Source: Paecilomyces variotii (lineage: Eukaryota). Taken from it: DNA of 64,000 bases. Below, in pieces: positions 62,325 to 64,000 of the stretch. The notes below the pieces were generated by a model. It did no database searches. It had not been told where the DNA came from and saw nothing but the letters and a program-made list of their open reading frames with translations. The stretch is taken from NCBI GenBank assembly GCA_004022145.1, contig RCNU01000017.1, one strand, 5' to 3'. A program made the translations under genes and the position numbers. Positions within the stretch are counted from its first letter, which is position 1, and each line of letters starts with the position of its first letter.

Positions 62325-64000
62325 TTAGAAAAGACCAAGCTCGGCAAGGATTCCTGTCGGTCTACCTTGAGCATCGCGAGGAGTCGTCAGGGCCTGTATT
62401 GACAGCTTAATACTTCCCATACACGTAGCCAGGCCGGAATAAATATAGTCAGATAGCGATACATAGACATCGAGATACCCGTACAAGAGACCACACACCT
62501 CGCCTTTTGTGTTGATCATGAAAGCTCCCGAATCTCCGGGATAGCAAAAAGGGTCCTGGAAGGTTTTGTTTCCCTTCAGCACCTCGTTTATGATAACGTA
62601 TTCTTGGGTGACCCGAGCAGTATCAACAGCTTTCCCGAACTCGCCATAACGAATCTGATTCTTCCTCCAGTGACACGAGGCCTGGGTACCATTGCAAATT
62701 CCCGTTTGCGTCCCCGAGGTCGGACCAACCATCACGTAATACTCTCCTTTCTCCATCACACCAATGCCGTTCAACGGTTCTTCTTGAAAACTGAAATGGA
62801 CTTGCTTGGAGGTGTCGATATAGGGCCTCATTCTGACAGGGACTTGTGGCACCTGGTCACACCTGAAGAATTTCTGCGCTTCGGGCTCAGTGATTTCCAC
62901 AAAGGCCCAATCGAGAAGGGTTGCTCCGCTGACGCCCATGCCCGAAGCAAATGCCACTTCTCCTATCTTAGTGGGCATGTTCTGCACTGCCTTTAGAGTC
63001 TGTTGACGATGGTCGTACGCTCTTTCGACATCCTTAATGTGTTTGAGCTCTGCAGTTTTCACTTCCTTGCCAATAAGCTTGTAGTTGTTCTTGCGCTGGA
63101 TTAGTCCGTCGAGTCTTGTCTTTGTTTCCTCCAACACTAACTCGGCCTCGTCCTTCGTTGCCCTGGCGTCCTTCGTGGCTGGGTAGATGATCTCGATCTT
63201 AGGGCAATTTGGACGATCGATTGAGATACCCTGCCTATCGGCCTCGATGACTGTGGAAGCAGGTGTAGGAGGCCTCACGACATCGTAACTAGTCAAGAGG
63301 CCTTGGTGAATGACCCTCCCTCTCGCTAAGGTGACAAAACCACCCATGGTTCCCCCTCCCTCCACGCCGCTCAGGCCGATAGACATTCCCCGTTGTAATC
63401 TGCCAATTCTGTCCATCTTATCAAGCTGTGACAACGGGGGTGCACATTCATTAGCGTTCTGCTCCGGCTGCAGAGATCGGGGGATGCTCGCAAGCAACGG
63501 GGACGCTTCTCCAGGCAGGAACTCGACCTGGAGAGAGATGTTCGGGTCATGTCCAACCTCACGCAGCATTGTAAATCGGAGATCCGACCAGTCGCAGTTT
63601 GTCCCAGGATCGACCATAACTACAATTGATGCCGTCGCTTTTTCCTTGAAAGAACCCACGTTGAATAGACAGATACTGCGCCACCTTTCACGCAGTTCGC
63701 GAGTCAGAAGGTCGGCCAGTCGTCCTCTAGCTTGCTCAAAGGGAGCAACAGCTTGATCATCCGGCTTGATAGCAAAAAGCGATGGTCTCAAACAATTTTG
63801 TGAATCAACGATTTCAATATCCATAGATATACCATTCCGCGCTAGCAATTCACGGATACGATCTCGAGCCTCTCCAAGGACACGGGGGATCACCGCATCA
63901 CGCCAATAGTTAATCCTAAGGGTAAGAACCGGTTGATCTCCGCCTGGATACCTAGCCGTGGTGCTTGACCACATGTGCAAACACCTCGTTGATAAACCCC
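62325..64000 (-). CDS. Trypsin-like (PA clan) serine protease homologue, 5' end outside the window
   Basis: ORF open to the window edge with GGTMGGFV...LTSYDVV, LDWAFVE, VGPTSGTQTG and PGDSGAFMIN..GEVCGLLYG. Confidence 0.75.
   Translation of the reverse strand, partial: GLSTRCLHMWSSTTARYPGGDQPVLTLRINYWRDAVIPRVLGEARDRIRELLARNGISMDIEIVDSQNCLRPSLFAIKPDDQAVAPFEQARGRLADLLTRELRERWRSICLFNVGSFKEKATASIVVMVDPGTNCDWSDLRFTMLREVGHDPNISLQVEFLPGEASPLLASIPRSLQPEQNANECAPPLSQLDKMDRIGRLQRGMSIGLSGVEGGGTMGGFVTLARGRVIHQGLLTSYDVVRPPTPASTVIEADRQGISIDRPNCPKIEIIYPATKDARATKDEAELVLEETKTRLDGLIQRKNNYKLIGKEVKTAELKHIKDVERAYDHRQQTLKAVQNMPTKIGEVAFASGMGVSGATLLDWAFVEITEPEAQKFFRCDQVPQVPVRMRPYIDTSKQVHFSFQEEPLNGIGVMEKGEYYVMVGPTSGTQTGICNGTQASCHWRKNQIRYGEFGKAVDTARVTQEYVIINEVLKGNKTFQDPFCYPGDSGAFMINTKGEVCGLLYGYLDVYVSLSDYIYSGLATCMGSIKLSIQALTTPRDAQGRPTGILAELGLF

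Overview
Genomic window from a filamentous ascomycete, most likely Eurotiales (short GT-AG introns with CTRAC branch points, Aspergillus-like proteins). Positions 1-~10,950 are an extremely AT-rich, RIP-mutated block. It holds (i) a complete 5.9-kb chromodomain-bearing Ty3/Gypsy LTR retrotransposon (4273-10193, 234-bp LTRs, AATAA target-site duplication), (ii) a second copy of the same family in the opposite orientation (3412 down to 679), (iii) the end of a third, unrelated element nested in that copy, and (iv) a ~1.1-kb foldback/satellite-like AT repeat into which both copies inserted. A tRNA-Gly(TCC) gene sits at the edge of this block, an arrangement suggestive of a centromere or heterochromatin boundary. 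The euchromatic part carries, in order: an SDR, the divergent quinate regulators qutA/qutR with no neighbouring qut structural genes, a GPI-type Cu-only SOD, an intronless gene with a DUF3990/ADP-ribosyltransferase-like C-terminal domain, a PTS1-tagged type II-like FMO, a DUF3405 protein, a luciferase-like protein, ARF1, a CorA-like protein lacking GMN, RPL1, a mitochondrial hypothetical, verprolin, two small hypotheticals, LSM8, a hypothetical, FET4, ERV29 and a 5'-truncated trypsin-like protease homologue lacking the catalytic His. All calls come from reading the sequence by eye and recalling motifs; no searches were run.
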